Source of the DNA: a virus
DNA length: 64,000 nt
Direction: 5' to 3' (one strand)
IMG/VR virus record: IMGVR_UViG_3300028197_001049
Span: 14,805-78,804 of that record
Position numbers and translations under genes: made by a program. Positions 19,349 through 29,122 of the stretch are shown here, in pieces. A model generated the notes under the pieces. The model did not search any database, was not told where the DNA came from, and saw nothing but the letters and a program-made list of their open reading frames with translations. Positions within the stretch are counted from its first letter, which is position 1, and each line of letters opens with the position of its first letter.

Positions 19349-22300
19349 TTATATTATGGTTCCGAATTTTCTTGGTGGACTAAAGAGGAAGAGTCTTGTC
19401 TTCGCATCACCTGCAGTTATAAGTTCCGCTGTAGTCGCTTGTGTAATTCTGGTGACACTGCCTGGGTTGTTTCCAATAAGTGTAAACAAATTGGTAGAAA
19501 CAACTTCTCCCTGTGCCCCAATAGAAGTTTCATCATAATCAATTGCTCTAGCAATAGTTGCTCCATTGAGACCGAAGAGAGAACCAGATCCTTCATATGC
19601 TCTAGAACGAGTATCATGAGAATCACCAGTAGCACTAACATATGCGAATCCACTGTTAGCACGGGTAAGTTTGATATCAGTTGCTTCACCTGAGATTGTT
19701 GCCGATCCTTCAGTATCGTAATTACCTTTAGTGAAGGATTCCGTAGCACCATTGCGGAATTCAAAGAGAGTAGTGTTCTCAACATCAATTGTTCTAGATT
19801 CTGCTGCTCCTCCGAAGGTTGAAAGTGTACCTTCACCAACGAAACTAAGAGTAATGATTGGAACAACTGTATCATTATGAACATTTGCAGTTCCAGAACC
19901 AGCGAATCCTCTTGTTCTCGTGGAAGTAGCATTACCATTAAATTCATATAGGAATGTTTCTTCACCAGGATTAAATCCAACAACTTCAGCGCCACCACCA
20001 AATGTAGAGAAAGAACCTTCTCCATCATAGTTACCCTTAGTAAAGGATTCTTCATTAATTCCAGAAAGGAACGTAGATCCAGTACCTGCGAAGATTCTAG
20101 TTCTGGAATCGTCACTATCACCACTGATTCTGAAGAGACCCGTTGTTTCCGGTGCGACAGATGCAACTTCTGCTGCGTTACCAACACTAAAGAGAGAACC
20201 AGAACCAGAGAAACTTCTGTCTCTGAGGACACCCGCAAATCCTTGGAATGTAAAGAGACCGATAGATTCTTCATCTATTGTTACCGCTTCGGCAGCACCA
20301 TTAAATCCGAAGAGTGAACCTTCTCCAATATAAGGTCTTGCGAATGCTTCGTCCAGATTATCGCTGATAGTAATATTACCTTCAGCAATAGCAGATCTGA
20401 CGAATGCATTTGCTTCTCCACCAGAAGCCTTGAATAGAACAGTGCTTTCTGGTTTGGAAATTGCTGTAACTTCTGCTGCACTTCCTGCACTGAAGAGCGA
20501 ACCTTCTCCAGCAAATGCTCTTGTGCGAATATTTTCTGATTGACCAGAAATAAATTCAGTTCCAATTCCTTCGTATGCGCGTGAACGATCTGTATTCGCA
20601 GATCCAGAAGATACGAAAAGAACGGTGCTTTCTGGTGCATCAATTGTTGTAGATTCTGCACCACCACCGAATCCGAAGATTTGACCACCACCAAAGATTC
20701 TGAGATTAATCTTAACAATTGGTTCACCACTAAAGGTGAATGCTCTTGTGTCGGTGAATGGATTAAATCCAACAACCTCTGCACTAGAACCAGCAGTGAA
20801 GAGTGATCCACTACCATTATAAACAATGGTGCGAACAGGAATTGCATCACCACCAATCGCAATACTTTCACCTTCAGGATTAGTGAAGATGTTGAATCTA
20901 AGTTGAAGTTCAGGAGTACCAGAAAGTCTGGGTGAACCATCAGGACGTGATGTCCAAGAAGGAAGCCACTTAGATGGTGAAGTACCGTAGGCACTAAAGA
21001 GAACTGTTTCTGTTGATGGATTATATCCAGCTACCTCAGTTGCACTATTGAATGTGAACAGTGAACCCGAAGTTCCAGGTTCTGCAAGATCACCATAGTA
21101 TTGATAAACATTAATCTTGCGAGTATCACCATCACCATAGACGAATGCAGATCCACCGATTTTACCGTATATGGAGTTGACATAACGAGGAGATGGACGG
21201 TAACTGCGCCACTCATTACCTTGGTTGTGGGTATAAATTCTGGGGAATACACCCTTAGATACATATGCACCCTTAAATGCAACTTCAGTATTACCAAGAA
21301 TTCTTGGAGTTCCAAGAAGATGTTGAGTTCTCCAATGTGGACGGAATCTAACCGCAGCATTAGGAGCGAGAGGTGTCTCCTCCTTAATCTTGATATTTCC
21401 AGATCCGACCCAGTTTTCAACATGCTTCTCAACTGCAGCGCCAGAGAATCCAAAGAGGAATGTTTCTTCTGGTGGGTTAAACCCAACACACTCTGAAGTT
21501 CCGATTGCAGTGAATAGTGACCCACTAGAGAACTCAGCAAATGTCTGCTTATGACCGCTATCTCCACCAGTAATTTCAAACAGTCTTCCAAATGGATTTT
21601 CATTACCTGGAAGAATTACAATATCACCATGATCAGTATTTGGTGGTAGATAAGCATCTACTACTGAACCATAATTTTCTGTTGTTGTAGGTGTAGATGC
21701 AACGGTTGCGAAATCTTCATAAGTTGTTCCGAGAACAATAGAGGAAGAATTATACGAGAATACTGCCTTCTCAATTTTCTCTCCAATGTGGAAGAGTGAT
21801 CCTTCACCAACATATACTTTGGCGAGGGCATTAATTTCTCCACCAGAAGTCTTGAAGAGAATTGTAGATTCTCCTCCTTGAGAACCAAACTTCTCAATAG
21901 CAGTACCGCTAATTGTAAGTTTAAATGTATTGGTTGGTGGAGTGGATATTTTAATAGCACCATGTCCACCGCCACGGAATCTGAATAATCCGTATGGTTT
22001 GGTGGTCTGAGTAATAAAGATCTCACCATAATCAAAGTCACCACCACTAGTTGTGGTTAATAAACCATAGTCATCAATTGTTGATGCCGAACTGGTGATG
22101 TATCCATATTCTTCTGGAGACTCAAATACCTCAACAGAAGATGAATTATATGAGAATACTGCCTTCTCAATTTTCTCTCCAATGTGGAAGAGTGATCCAG
22201 AACCAACAAAATCTCTAGCTCTTGGAGTTTCAGCAATACCAGAAACTTTGAACTGTTCATCAGGAACACCTCTCCAATGTGGAGTGAATGTAAAGTCAGT

Positions 22301-25300
22301 AGCGGCGCTTTGACCTTTATAGAAGGAAATTTCACCTTTACCACTATAAGGACCACGGAAGAATTGAGTTCTTGTGTTGCCAGTAAACTTATAGAGACCA
22401 GTTGCAGATTGTGTAGTCTCAGTGATAATGATTTGACCGAAGTCAACTTCACCGCCAGGAGTAAGATCACTACCAATTGTACCGTGATCAAGATTCTGAG
22501 TTGAATTTGAATTGATGAGACCGTAATCTTCTGGGGTCTCAACAACAACAATAGATCCTGTGGTATATCTAAAGGTTGCGCTTTCAACCTTATCACCAAG
22601 ACCAAAGAGTCTACCCTTACCAACAAAATCTCTTGCTCTTGGAGTTTCAGCATTACCGCTGAGTTTTCCTTGTTCGTAAGGACGTGATCTCCAATGTGGA
22701 GTAAATGTAAAGTCTGCAGGATCTTGCTGCTCATTAAAGATCCTAATAGTAGTTGGTCTAACAACATAAGGACCACGGAAGAATTGTGTATCACCTTCAC
22801 CGCTGAGTTGATATAACCCAGTCAGAGGTTGAATTGTCTCCGTAATAATAACCTGTCCGAGATCTTCCTCGCCTTCAGTTACTATATCAACAATTTGACC
22901 ATAGTTGATATTTGTAGTTGAATTATTAGCGATTGAACCATAGTCATCATCAATAACGAACGTAACAACAGAACTAGAGTTGTAGTTAAAGGTTGCACTT
23001 TCAAACTTATCTCCAATACTGAAGAGTCTTCCCCCGCCAATGAAAGGTCTTGCCTGAGCATATGTATTAAATTCTCCGTCAGGAGCATTACTAAGTTTTG
23101 GAGACCCGACAGGAACACCTCTCCAGTGAGGCATAAATCTGAAGTCAGCAGGATCTTGCTGATCATTGAAGATCCTGATTGGTGCGCTGAGTTTATCCCA
23201 AGCAAAGATTGGGAAGAACTGTTCAATCGCAGTACCCTTGATTTCAAATAGTTTTCCGAGTGGATTCTCATCACCAGGAAGAGACCACATAGAACCACGA
23301 TCTTCTTCTAACGCATAACTGAAGAAGTCACCATTATCAATAGTTTGAGTTGCATTATTAGCAACGCTTCCATAATCAGTAGGATCTTCAACCTCAACAA
23401 TAGAAGATATATTGTAAGAATATGCAGTTCTTTCAATTCTATCTCCAATACTAAAGAGAGAACCGGATGCAATGTAAGGTCTAGAGAAACTATTCTCTCC
23501 TTTACTGGAAGTAGAGAAGAGTACCGTAGACTCTCCCGCTCCCGATGTAAACTTGAGATTACTATATCCACCAGTAATTCTGACTCTTGCAATAGATCCA
23601 GTATATGCAACTGGATTAGCATGAGCAATGTCACCACCAGCTAGTTCAAATAACTTGCCAAATGGTTGAGTTGTTTGTGTGGCAATTACTTGACCGAGGT
23701 CAGTCTCACCATATCCTGGTTCTGAAATCTGACCATAATCAGATATGGAACCAGACGCAGTAATTAGACCATTATCAATTGGTGTTTGAACTGTTGCAAT
23801 TGAAGAATCATTGTAGTCAAAGACTGCTGATTCATCAACTGTACCAGAACTAAACAAACTACCTGATGTGAAGTAAGTACCTTTAGAGGTGATAATGGAG
23901 GACATTCCTCCAATGATTTTAATAAATTCACCCTGACTTGCTTCCTGTGGGCGATGACCATAAACATAAATTTGAACTGCAGGTTCACTAAACTGTACAG
24001 TTGCTGCACCACTAATATTAATTTCACTTTCGCCAAGATATGCTCTTGGATTAGCATGTGCTCTATCACCACCAGTGATCTTAAGATTACCAAACTTGAA
24101 GAATCCTGGTTTTAATTGACCATAATCTAAAATACCATTTGTAAATGTTTGCGTGAGTATACCATAATCTTCATTGATTCCTGCTGATTGATCAACAATT
24201 CCAGCATCAGAACTTCCGATAGTCTCATAGACTGGTGCAGGACCTTCTGCATTATAAGAGAATATTCTTCTTTCAGTTTTCTCACCGATATGGAAGAGTG
24301 ATCCAGAACCAACATGCGTCTTGGCAAATGCATCGGGAATGATGTGGTTAGTGACCACAATTCCACCACGACTTCTATAATGGGGAATGAACGCAATCTG
24401 ACTGCTTTGACCCTCTCCATAGGAGTCAATGTGCTTGGTAATAGAAAGCGATCCTGAACCAACAAAGTCTCTAGATCTAGCAGCACCATGACCACCACCA
24501 CTAAATTTGAATAAACCAAACGTTGGAGTAGTTTGTGTTATTAGAACACTACCGTTATCAGCATCTCCTTCAGTAACAACTCCTGCTATCTGACCATAAT
24601 CATCAGAAGTACTATGAGATGATGCAACACTACCATTTTCTACTAATGGTTCTAGGGTTACTGCAGATTCAGTAGTATAATCATATACCTTCGCTTCATT
24701 ACCATTATTAAATCCAAACAGCACACCGCTGCCTTGATATCCTACTCTTGCAAATGCTTCTGGATTACCGCCACTGAATGTTAATCCAATGACATCTCTT
24801 CTGATAAATTGTCCTGTTGCTAGATCACGTCCAACAACGTAAGTTTGTGCTCCAGATGGTTCCTCAAGTTGATCAACACCACCTGAAAGAACTGAGAATG
24901 AACCCGAACCAGAATAAGATTTAATTTTACCGAGATTACTATTGAATCCAGTAATACTGAACAGACCGAAGGGATTACTACCACCGACATCAACGACTGT
25001 ACCGTTGTCTGTCTCTCCTTCAGTAACAATTCCAGTTACTTGACCATAGTCATTAGAAGAACCTACAGTAGCGGCGACTACACCATAGTCGGCATCGCTA
25101 CCATAGGTTATTATTGCATCTTCATTATAGCTGCTTGTGGCACTATCATGTGCAGCACCATAAGTCTTGAGACTTGGTACACCACCAGAACCCCCTATGT
25201 AAGGAGCGAGCATTCGCTCCAGACCGCTGCCAATCTCAAATAGGGTGCCAGACCCCGCCCATGCCTGTTTAGTGACTACAATGGCGCTCACGCGCAATAT

Positions 25301-25612
25301 AATCGTTTCCGCAATTGCTACGAAGACTACAGTAGCAGCATTCTCTTCGCCACCACTAAAGTTAATATTACCTGATACTGGATATAACGTTTCAGTAACC
25401 CAAACATTTTCATAATCAATAGACCCAGTAACTTCATTTACAATAAAATCTTGACCTACAGGAACAATAAAATCAACGCCTACATTTACAATACTATCAA
25501 AAAATTTCTCGCCATGATTTACCGTAGACGTAGCAACATCAGTGATGCTACCGAGATCTTCGGTCTCATATACGTGAATTTGAGATGAATCGTAAATATA
25601 GACGTTGTTCAT
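19349..25612 (-). CDS. Large repeat-rich virion structural protein (2087 aa)
   Basis: Recurring GSGSLF..G, DYG.I, PHWR and STVLF..SG motifs; lies in the late cluster. Confidence 0.75.
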   Translation of the reverse strand: MNNVYIYDSSQIHVYETEDLGSITDVATSTVNHGEKFFDSIVNVGVDFIVPVGQDFIVNEVTGSIDYENVWVTETLYPVSGNINFSGGEENAATVVFVAIAETIILRVSAIVVTKQAWAGSGTLFEIGSGLERMLAPYIGGSGGVPSLKTYGAAHDSATSSYNEDAIITYGSDADYGVVAATVGSSNDYGQVTGIVTEGETDNGTVVDVGGSNPFGLFSITGFNSNLGKIKSYSGSGSFSVLSGGVDQLEEPSGAQTYVVGRDLATGQFIRRDVIGLTFSGGNPEAFARVGYQGSGVLFGFNNGNEAKVYDYTTESAVTLEPLVENGSVASSHSTSDDYGQIAGVVTEGDADNGSVLITQTTPTFGLFKFSGGGHGAARSRDFVGSGSLSITKHIDSYGEGQSSQIAFIPHYRSRGGIVVTNHIIPDAFAKTHVGSGSLFHIGEKTERRIFSYNAEGPAPVYETIGSSDAGIVDQSAGINEDYGILTQTFTNGILDYGQLKPGFFKFGNLKITGGDRAHANPRAYLGESEINISGAATVQFSEPAVQIYVYGHRPQEASQGEFIKIIGGMSSIITSKGTYFTSGSLFSSGTVDESAVFDYNDSSIATVQTPIDNGLITASGSISDYGQISEPGYGETDLGQVIATQTTQPFGKLFELAGGDIAHANPVAYTGSIARVRITGGYSNLKFTSGAGESTVLFSTSSKGENSFSRPYIASGSLFSIGDRIERTAYSYNISSIVEVEDPTDYGSVANNATQTIDNGDFFSYALEEDRGSMWSLPGDENPLGKLFEIKGTAIEQFFPIFAWDKLSAPIRIFNDQQDPADFRFMPHWRGVPVGSPKLSNAPDGEFNTYAQARPFIGGGRLFSIGDKFESATFNYNSSSVVTFVIDDDYGSIANNSTTNINYGQIVDIVTEGEEDLGQVIITETIQPLTGLYQLSGEGDTQFFRGPYVVRPTTIRIFNEQQDPADFTFTPHWRSRPYEQGKLSGNAETPRARDFVGKGRLFGLGDKVESATFRYTTGSIVVVETPEDYGLINSNSTQNLDHGTIGSDLTPGGEVDFGQIIITETTQSATGLYKFTGNTRTQFFRGPYSGKGEISFYKGQSAATDFTFTPHWRGVPDEQFKVSGIAETPRARDFVGSGSLFHIGEKIEKAVFSYNSSSVEVFESPEEYGYITSSASTIDDYGLLTTTSGGDFDYGEIFITQTTKPYGLFRFRGGGHGAIKISTPPTNTFKLTISGTAIEKFGSQGGESTILFKTSGGEINALAKVYVGEGSLFHIGEKIEKAVFSYNSSSIVLGTTYEDFATVASTPTTTENYGSVVDAYLPPNTDHGDIVILPGNENPFGRLFEITGGDSGHKQTFAEFSSGSLFTAIGTSECVGFNPPEETFLFGFSGAAVEKHVENWVGSGNIKIKEETPLAPNAAVRFRPHWRTQHLLGTPRILGNTEVAFKGAYVSKGVFPRIYTHNQGNEWRSYRPSPRYVNSIYGKIGGSAFVYGDGDTRKINVYQYYGDLAEPGTSGSLFTFNSATEVAGYNPSTETVLFSAYGTSPSKWLPSWTSRPDGSPRLSGTPELQLRFNIFTNPEGESIAIGGDAIPVRTIVYNGSGSLFTAGSSAEVVGFNPFTDTRAFTFSGEPIVKINLRIFGGGQIFGFGGGAESTTIDAPESTVLFVSSGSANTDRSRAYEGIGTEFISGQSENIRTRAFAGEGSLFSAGSAAEVTAISKPESTVLFKASGGEANAFVRSAIAEGNITISDNLDEAFARPYIGEGSLFGFNGAAEAVTIDEESIGLFTFQGFAGVLRDRSFSGSGSLFSVGNAAEVASVAPETTGLFRISGDSDDSRTRIFAGTGSTFLSGINEESFTKGNYDGEGSFSTFGGGAEVVGFNPGEETFLYEFNGNATSTRTRGFAGSGTANVHNDTVVPIITLSFVGEGTLSTFGGAAESRTIDVENTTLFEFRNGATESFTKGNYDTEGSATISGEATDIKLTRANSGFAYVSATGDSHDTRSRAYEGSGSLFGLNGATIARAIDYDETSIGAQGEVVSTNLFTLIGNNPGSVTRITQATTAELITAGDAKTRLFLFSPPRKFGTII
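21756..22198. repeat. Intragenic direct repeat (identical copies of about 47 nt at ~21756-21802 and ~22152-22198)
   Basis: gagaatactgccttctcaattttctctccaatgtggaagagtgatcc occurs twice (peptide GSLFHIGEKIEKAVFS). Confidence 0.85.
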
Positions 25613-25629
25613 TAAGTTCCTAAAGCATT

Positions 25630-25653
25630 AAAAGGGGGGACCTTAATCCCCCC
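25630..25653 (-). terminator. Intrinsic terminator after the 390-aa structural gene
   Basis: GGGGGGA-TTAAGG-TCCCCCC-TTTT on the minus strand. Confidence 0.8.
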
Positions 25654-25689
25654 ACAAAGAAACAATAACAAATAGATGTACACTATATA

Positions 25690-26862
25690 TCAGTCAAGGC
25701 TGACGTTCAATGTGATCTTGATTTGGTCACCGTTGTTCTGAATTGGGTACGGACCATTTGTAAATCTTTCAGCAAACATGATGCTGCTGTGAAGAGTTAG
25801 GTCACCAGTTCCGGCAAGAGCAGGAGTGGTATGGAATGTATTCGCATCAGGTACTTCAAATACAGTATATGTAGCAGCAACAGCCGTTGAAGTTGAACCT
25901 TGAGCGATGTAGAGAACATCACCAACAGTTAGACTATGACCAGTAGCAGTTACTTTACTAAAGCTAAGTTGAATTTCTTCATCAGTAGCAGTCTGAATGT
26001 TATCAGTCAGGTTAGCACTGAGATAGATAATTCTCTGAAGACGATCAATACCGATGATAGTTGTAGCAGCAGGAACAGCATTGTTATTGCCAACAACTTG
26101 TCCAACTGTGATATCATCCATGATACCAGCAACGGCAGGCAGAGTGATGAAGTTTTGTCCAACAACACCAGCACAAGGATCAGCGTTAGTACCCTTTGAA
26201 AGAACTGTACCAGCAGCTGCAGCAGCAGCGTCAAGAACACCGTGAATGCTCAGAGGCATGTTGTTTGCACGAGCCAGATAGTAACCATAAATGTTACCAG
26301 CAGCAGCAGAGAATGTAAATACCTGCTCGGGATATGTAGCGGTAGTTACTCCACCAGTGAAGTTGATTGAGCCTGAAACAGCACCAGAGTTAGCAACAGT
26401 CATGACGACAGTTGAACCGTCTACTCTAGATACTTTAGCGCCTGCGCCAATACCAGTACCACTGATAAGATTGCCTACACTGATTGTACCAGTTACACTA
26501 GCAACTGAAATAGTGAATGCACCTGAAGAACCAGTACCAGTACCAGAAGCAATAGGATCTCCAGCAGTGGAGATTGCCCAACGGTTACCATTCAGAAGAA
26601 TACCATACATGTTGGTGTAGGTCTGGTCTGAACGATTATCAACACCTGTTGGATAATCCGTGTTTGCAGCAGTGCCATATCCATTGGTATTACCATCGGC
26701 ATATGGTTCATAATAAGCAGTCTGTGAAGGGACATCGCCCTCAGCAGGTGTTGTATTAGACGTAAAAAGTTTAAGAACTAAGTTTCTGGGAATCTGGTGA
26801 GTGGCGTTTAGAAGATAACGCAGCGACTCCAGTTCACCAATATTTGGTACTAAAAGTGCCAT
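25690..26862 (-). CDS. Virion structural protein (390 aa)
   Basis: MALLVPNIGELESLRYLL...LKLFTSNTTP...TTATYPEQVFTF...YGYYL...FAERFTNGPY.IQNNGDQIKITLNVSLD; strong GGAGG RBS; TATAAATA at 26903-26910. Confidence 0.8.
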   Translation of the reverse strand: MALLVPNIGELESLRYLLNATHQIPRNLVLKLFTSNTTPAEGDVPSQTAYYEPYADGNTNGYGTAANTDYPTGVDNRSDQTYTNMYGILLNGNRWAISTAGDPIASGTGTGSSGAFTISVASVTGTISVGNLISGTGIGAGAKVSRVDGSTVVMTVANSGAVSGSINFTGGVTTATYPEQVFTFSAAAGNIYGYYLARANNMPLSIHGVLDAAAAAAGTVLSKGTNADPCAGVVGQNFITLPAVAGIMDDITVGQVVGNNNAVPAATTIIGIDRLQRIIYLSANLTDNIQTATDEEIQLSFSKVTATGHSLTVGDVLYIAQGSTSTAVAATYTVFEVPDANTFHTTPALAGTGDLTLHSSIMFAERFTNGPYPIQNNGDQIKITLNVSLD

Positions 26863-26905
26863 TTAAAATTTTCCTCCAAGGACATTTGATGTTTATCTGT
26901 TATAT

Positions 26906-27610
26906 TTATAATTTTACTTTCAAAGCGATAGCAAAATTTTTGAGTGATACTGTTGTATTTATAACTTCATATTGTATGATGTCCCCTGCATTTAATTGAG
27001 TGGTCCATCCAGTCAATGTAATATCAGTATTTTTTAACGTTCCATTCAGTTGGGGCGTGTTACCACCACAAATTGTTATGGTATTAGGATAGTCCGCAAA
27101 AGTACATTTTCTAATATCAACCTCTAATGTTCCAACAGCATCAGCAATCAAAATCCATGATTGTATGACGCCAGTAACATCAATGGTTAGATAACCTTTG
27201 TTACCGTTTGTCATGGGTCTAGTTCCATTATCTACAACGTAGTTAATAGTTCTAGTCAGATCAGCGGTATTCGCTAATGCAATTCCAAAAAATGGCACAC
27301 TTGTGCTCGCGGGTGCAGTTGCAAATGTAATCTGGTTTCCAGATATTGTATAACCCACCCCAGGTTGAAGAATAGTATTATTCATAGAAATGATCAATTG
27401 TTGATCATTTAATGCACTATATGTTTCTCCAGAAACTGCCAGTTGAAAGACTGTCTGTGCTCCATCAAACTGAGATGAAAGATCATCCAGAATTAAATTC
27501 TGATACTGGATACCTTTTGAGGGCGCTTCATAATTAAGACCAATACTGTAATCAGCATCATCTCCTTGAGTTACAGTAAAATTTGTCGTATTAATTTGAT
27601 AATTTGACAC
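26906..27610 (-). CDS. Virion structural protein (baseplate/fibre-associated)
   Basis: LDDLSSQFDG.QT.F.L...QLIIS.N..ILQPG..YTISGNQITF.TAP module, also seen in gp7. Confidence 0.7.
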   Translation of the reverse strand: MSNYQINTTNFTVTQGDDADYSIGLNYEAPSKGIQYQNLILDDLSSQFDGAQTVFQLAVSGETYSALNDQQLIISMNNTILQPGVGYTISGNQITFATAPASTSVPFFGIALANTADLTRTINYVVDNGTRPMTNGNKGYLTIDVTGVIQSWILIADAVGTLEVDIRKCTFADYPNTITICGGNTPQLNGTLKNTDITLTGWTTQLNAGDIIQYEVINTTVSLKNFAIALKVKL

Positions 27611-27948
27611 TAGACTGTCACTCCCGGCGTTACTGTTGCAATACCCTCAATAAATCTAGTCTTCACACCACTGGCAGAAGTCAAGACAATATCGTAAACA
27701 TATCGCCTTGGTTTCAATGCAGTAGTAACGGTATCAGTTAGACTAATCATCATTATTCCTTTACTTCTATCAGTAAAAGTAACAGCAAATGAAGTTGCCG
27801 CACTTGAAGTATAATAACTTGTCTTCAATTTAGCTTCTGCAGTAAACCCTAAAAGATTTACTGGATTGCTATCTGAATTCTTGATAGTAAAGCTTGCTGA
27901 AAAGTCAGTACCTTGCTCTATCACTAAATTAATTGTAATTGCAGACAT
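27610..27948 (-). CDS. Hypothetical virion protein
   Basis: INL.IEQGTDFS..F...YVYDIVL....KTRFIEG.ATVTPGVT. Confidence 0.75.
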   Translation of the reverse strand: MSAITINLVIEQGTDFSASFTIKNSDSNPVNLLGFTAEAKLKTSYYTSSAATSFAVTFTDRSKGIMMISLTDTVTTALKPRRYVYDIVLTSASGVKTRFIEGIATVTPGVTV

Positions 27949-27953
27949 GTACT

Positions 27954-27987
27954 AAAAAAGACCTTCTTTCTTATTTATAAGAAGGTC
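27954..27987 (-). terminator. Terminator whose loop contains a TATAAATA late promoter
   Basis: GACCTTCTT-ATAAATAAGA-AAGAAGGTC-TTTTTT; perfect 9-bp stem. Confidence 0.8.
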
Positions 27988-27994
27988 CCATTAA

Positions 27995-28231
27995 TTACTC
28001 AGGAAGATTATTTAACTCATCTTCAGGAACTACTTCAAATGCGGGTGAATCTTCTTTCGTAGTAACTTCAGTAGGTTCTTGTAAAAGATCTAAAGCTTCA
28101 ACAGCTCCTTTTAATTTAAGTGCTAATTCTTTTTTAGTAAGAACTTCAGTTTCTAGTTTTTTAATTTCTTCAACTGCGGAATTAAATTGAGAGATAAAAT
28201 TTTCGCGCAATGCGCTTGGATCAACAGACAT
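27995..28231 (-). CDS. Small acidic coiled-coil hypothetical protein
   Basis: 78-aa ORF with its own promoter and terminator; LKLKGAVEALDLL. Confidence 0.75.
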   Translation of the reverse strand: MSVDPSALRENFISQFNSAVEEIKKLETEVLTKKELALKLKGAVEALDLLQEPTEVTTKEDSPAFEVVPEDELNNLPE

Positions 28232-28254
28232 GGTATTACTTAGTTTCAGTTGTA

Positions 28255-28283
28255 ATTATACTACAATTTATTTAGTCTGTCAA
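28255..28283 (-). promoter_or_regulatory. Perfect sigma70 consensus promoter with an embedded late-type CTAAATA
   Basis: TTGACA-GACTAAATAAATTGTAG (17 nt)-TATAAT. Confidence 0.9.
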
Positions 28284-28300
28284 GAATACTTAGGGGCACA

Positions 28301-29122
28301 TCATTGATCTGCTGTCAATGTAGATGGGAATGATCTACCACTTCCCCAAATAATTCTAACAGCTCCACCCCCACCATCGCCACCGGTAGCATTAGAAATG
28401 TTATCAGAACAACCACCGCCGCCACCATGGACACCACCATTAGATCCATTTGTGTATGATGTTCCTGTTGTTCCACCAGAACCACCCGTTCCTCCAGAGA
28501 AACCACCCGTTCCGTTAGATCCTTCCCCATAAATTCCTACACCACCACCGCTACTAAATCCGCCGCCACCACCGCCACCAGATCCATTGCCATGGGATCC
28601 TCCGTTAGTTGCTGAGCTACCACCATTTCCAGAATAACCACCAGCACCACCACCACCACCGTATCCACCGCCGCCGCCAGAAGCGTAAGATCCATCACCA
28701 CCATTACCACCACCATCTCCAGTATAAGTGCCGCCAGTAGAAGTAGTGCTAGTATCTCCAAAATCTCCACCACCACCTTTTACTGTTGATGTATTAATAA
28801 AATAACTATCTGTCCCTGCTGTAGGACTAGTGCTATCGCTTCCGCCAACACCAACAACCACAGTATATGACTGACCAGGAGTTACCGAAATATTATTTTT
28901 CCAACCAAGACCGCCGCCGCCTCCACCAGATCCATATTGACCTATCCCACCAGCTCCAGAATAAGGAGTAGAACCACCGCCTCCACCAACAGCAACTACA
29001 CTTACTGAATCCACGCCAGTAGGAGCAGTCCAAGAAAACGCTCCAGAACTTGTGTATTCTGCTTGACCTGTAACATCACCAGCGGATCCACCATAACCAA
29101 GTAAAAGTTGCTGCATTATCAT
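28301..29122 (-). CDS. Glycine-rich domain protein (putative fibre-tip adhesin)
   Basis: WTAPTGV.SVSVVAVGGGGG, GGGGGLGWKNNISVTPGQSYTVVVG, GAVRIIWG; TAATG-coupled to the upstream fibre gene. Confidence 0.75.
   Translation of the reverse strand: MIMQQLLLGYGGSAGDVTGQAEYTSSGAFSWTAPTGVDSVSVVAVGGGGGSTPYSGAGGIGQYGSGGGGGGLGWKNNISVTPGQSYTVVVGVGGSDSTSPTAGTDSYFINTSTVKGGGGDFGDTSTTSTGGTYTGDGGGNGGDGSYASGGGGGYGGGGGAGGYSGNGGSSATNGGSHGNGSGGGGGGGFSSGGGVGIYGEGSNGTGGFSGGTGGSGGTTGTSYTNGSNGGVHGGGGGCSDNISNATGGDGGGGAVRIIWGSGRSFPSTLTADQ

Noticed and set aside
19417-25029. Chain of long same-strand alternative-frame ORFs (up to 285 aa) inside the 2087-aa gene
   Set aside because: All lie in one shifted frame. Stops there need NTA/NTG codons, which this gene avoids, and the products are L/V/I/M-rich shadows. 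This is a codon-bias artefact, not overprinting.
19118-25612. Diversity-generating retroelement suggested by Mtd_N plus nearby repeats
   Set aside because: No reverse transcriptase in the window. The repeats are intragenic and in frame, and where inspected they differ at synonymous positions rather than specifically at adenines.
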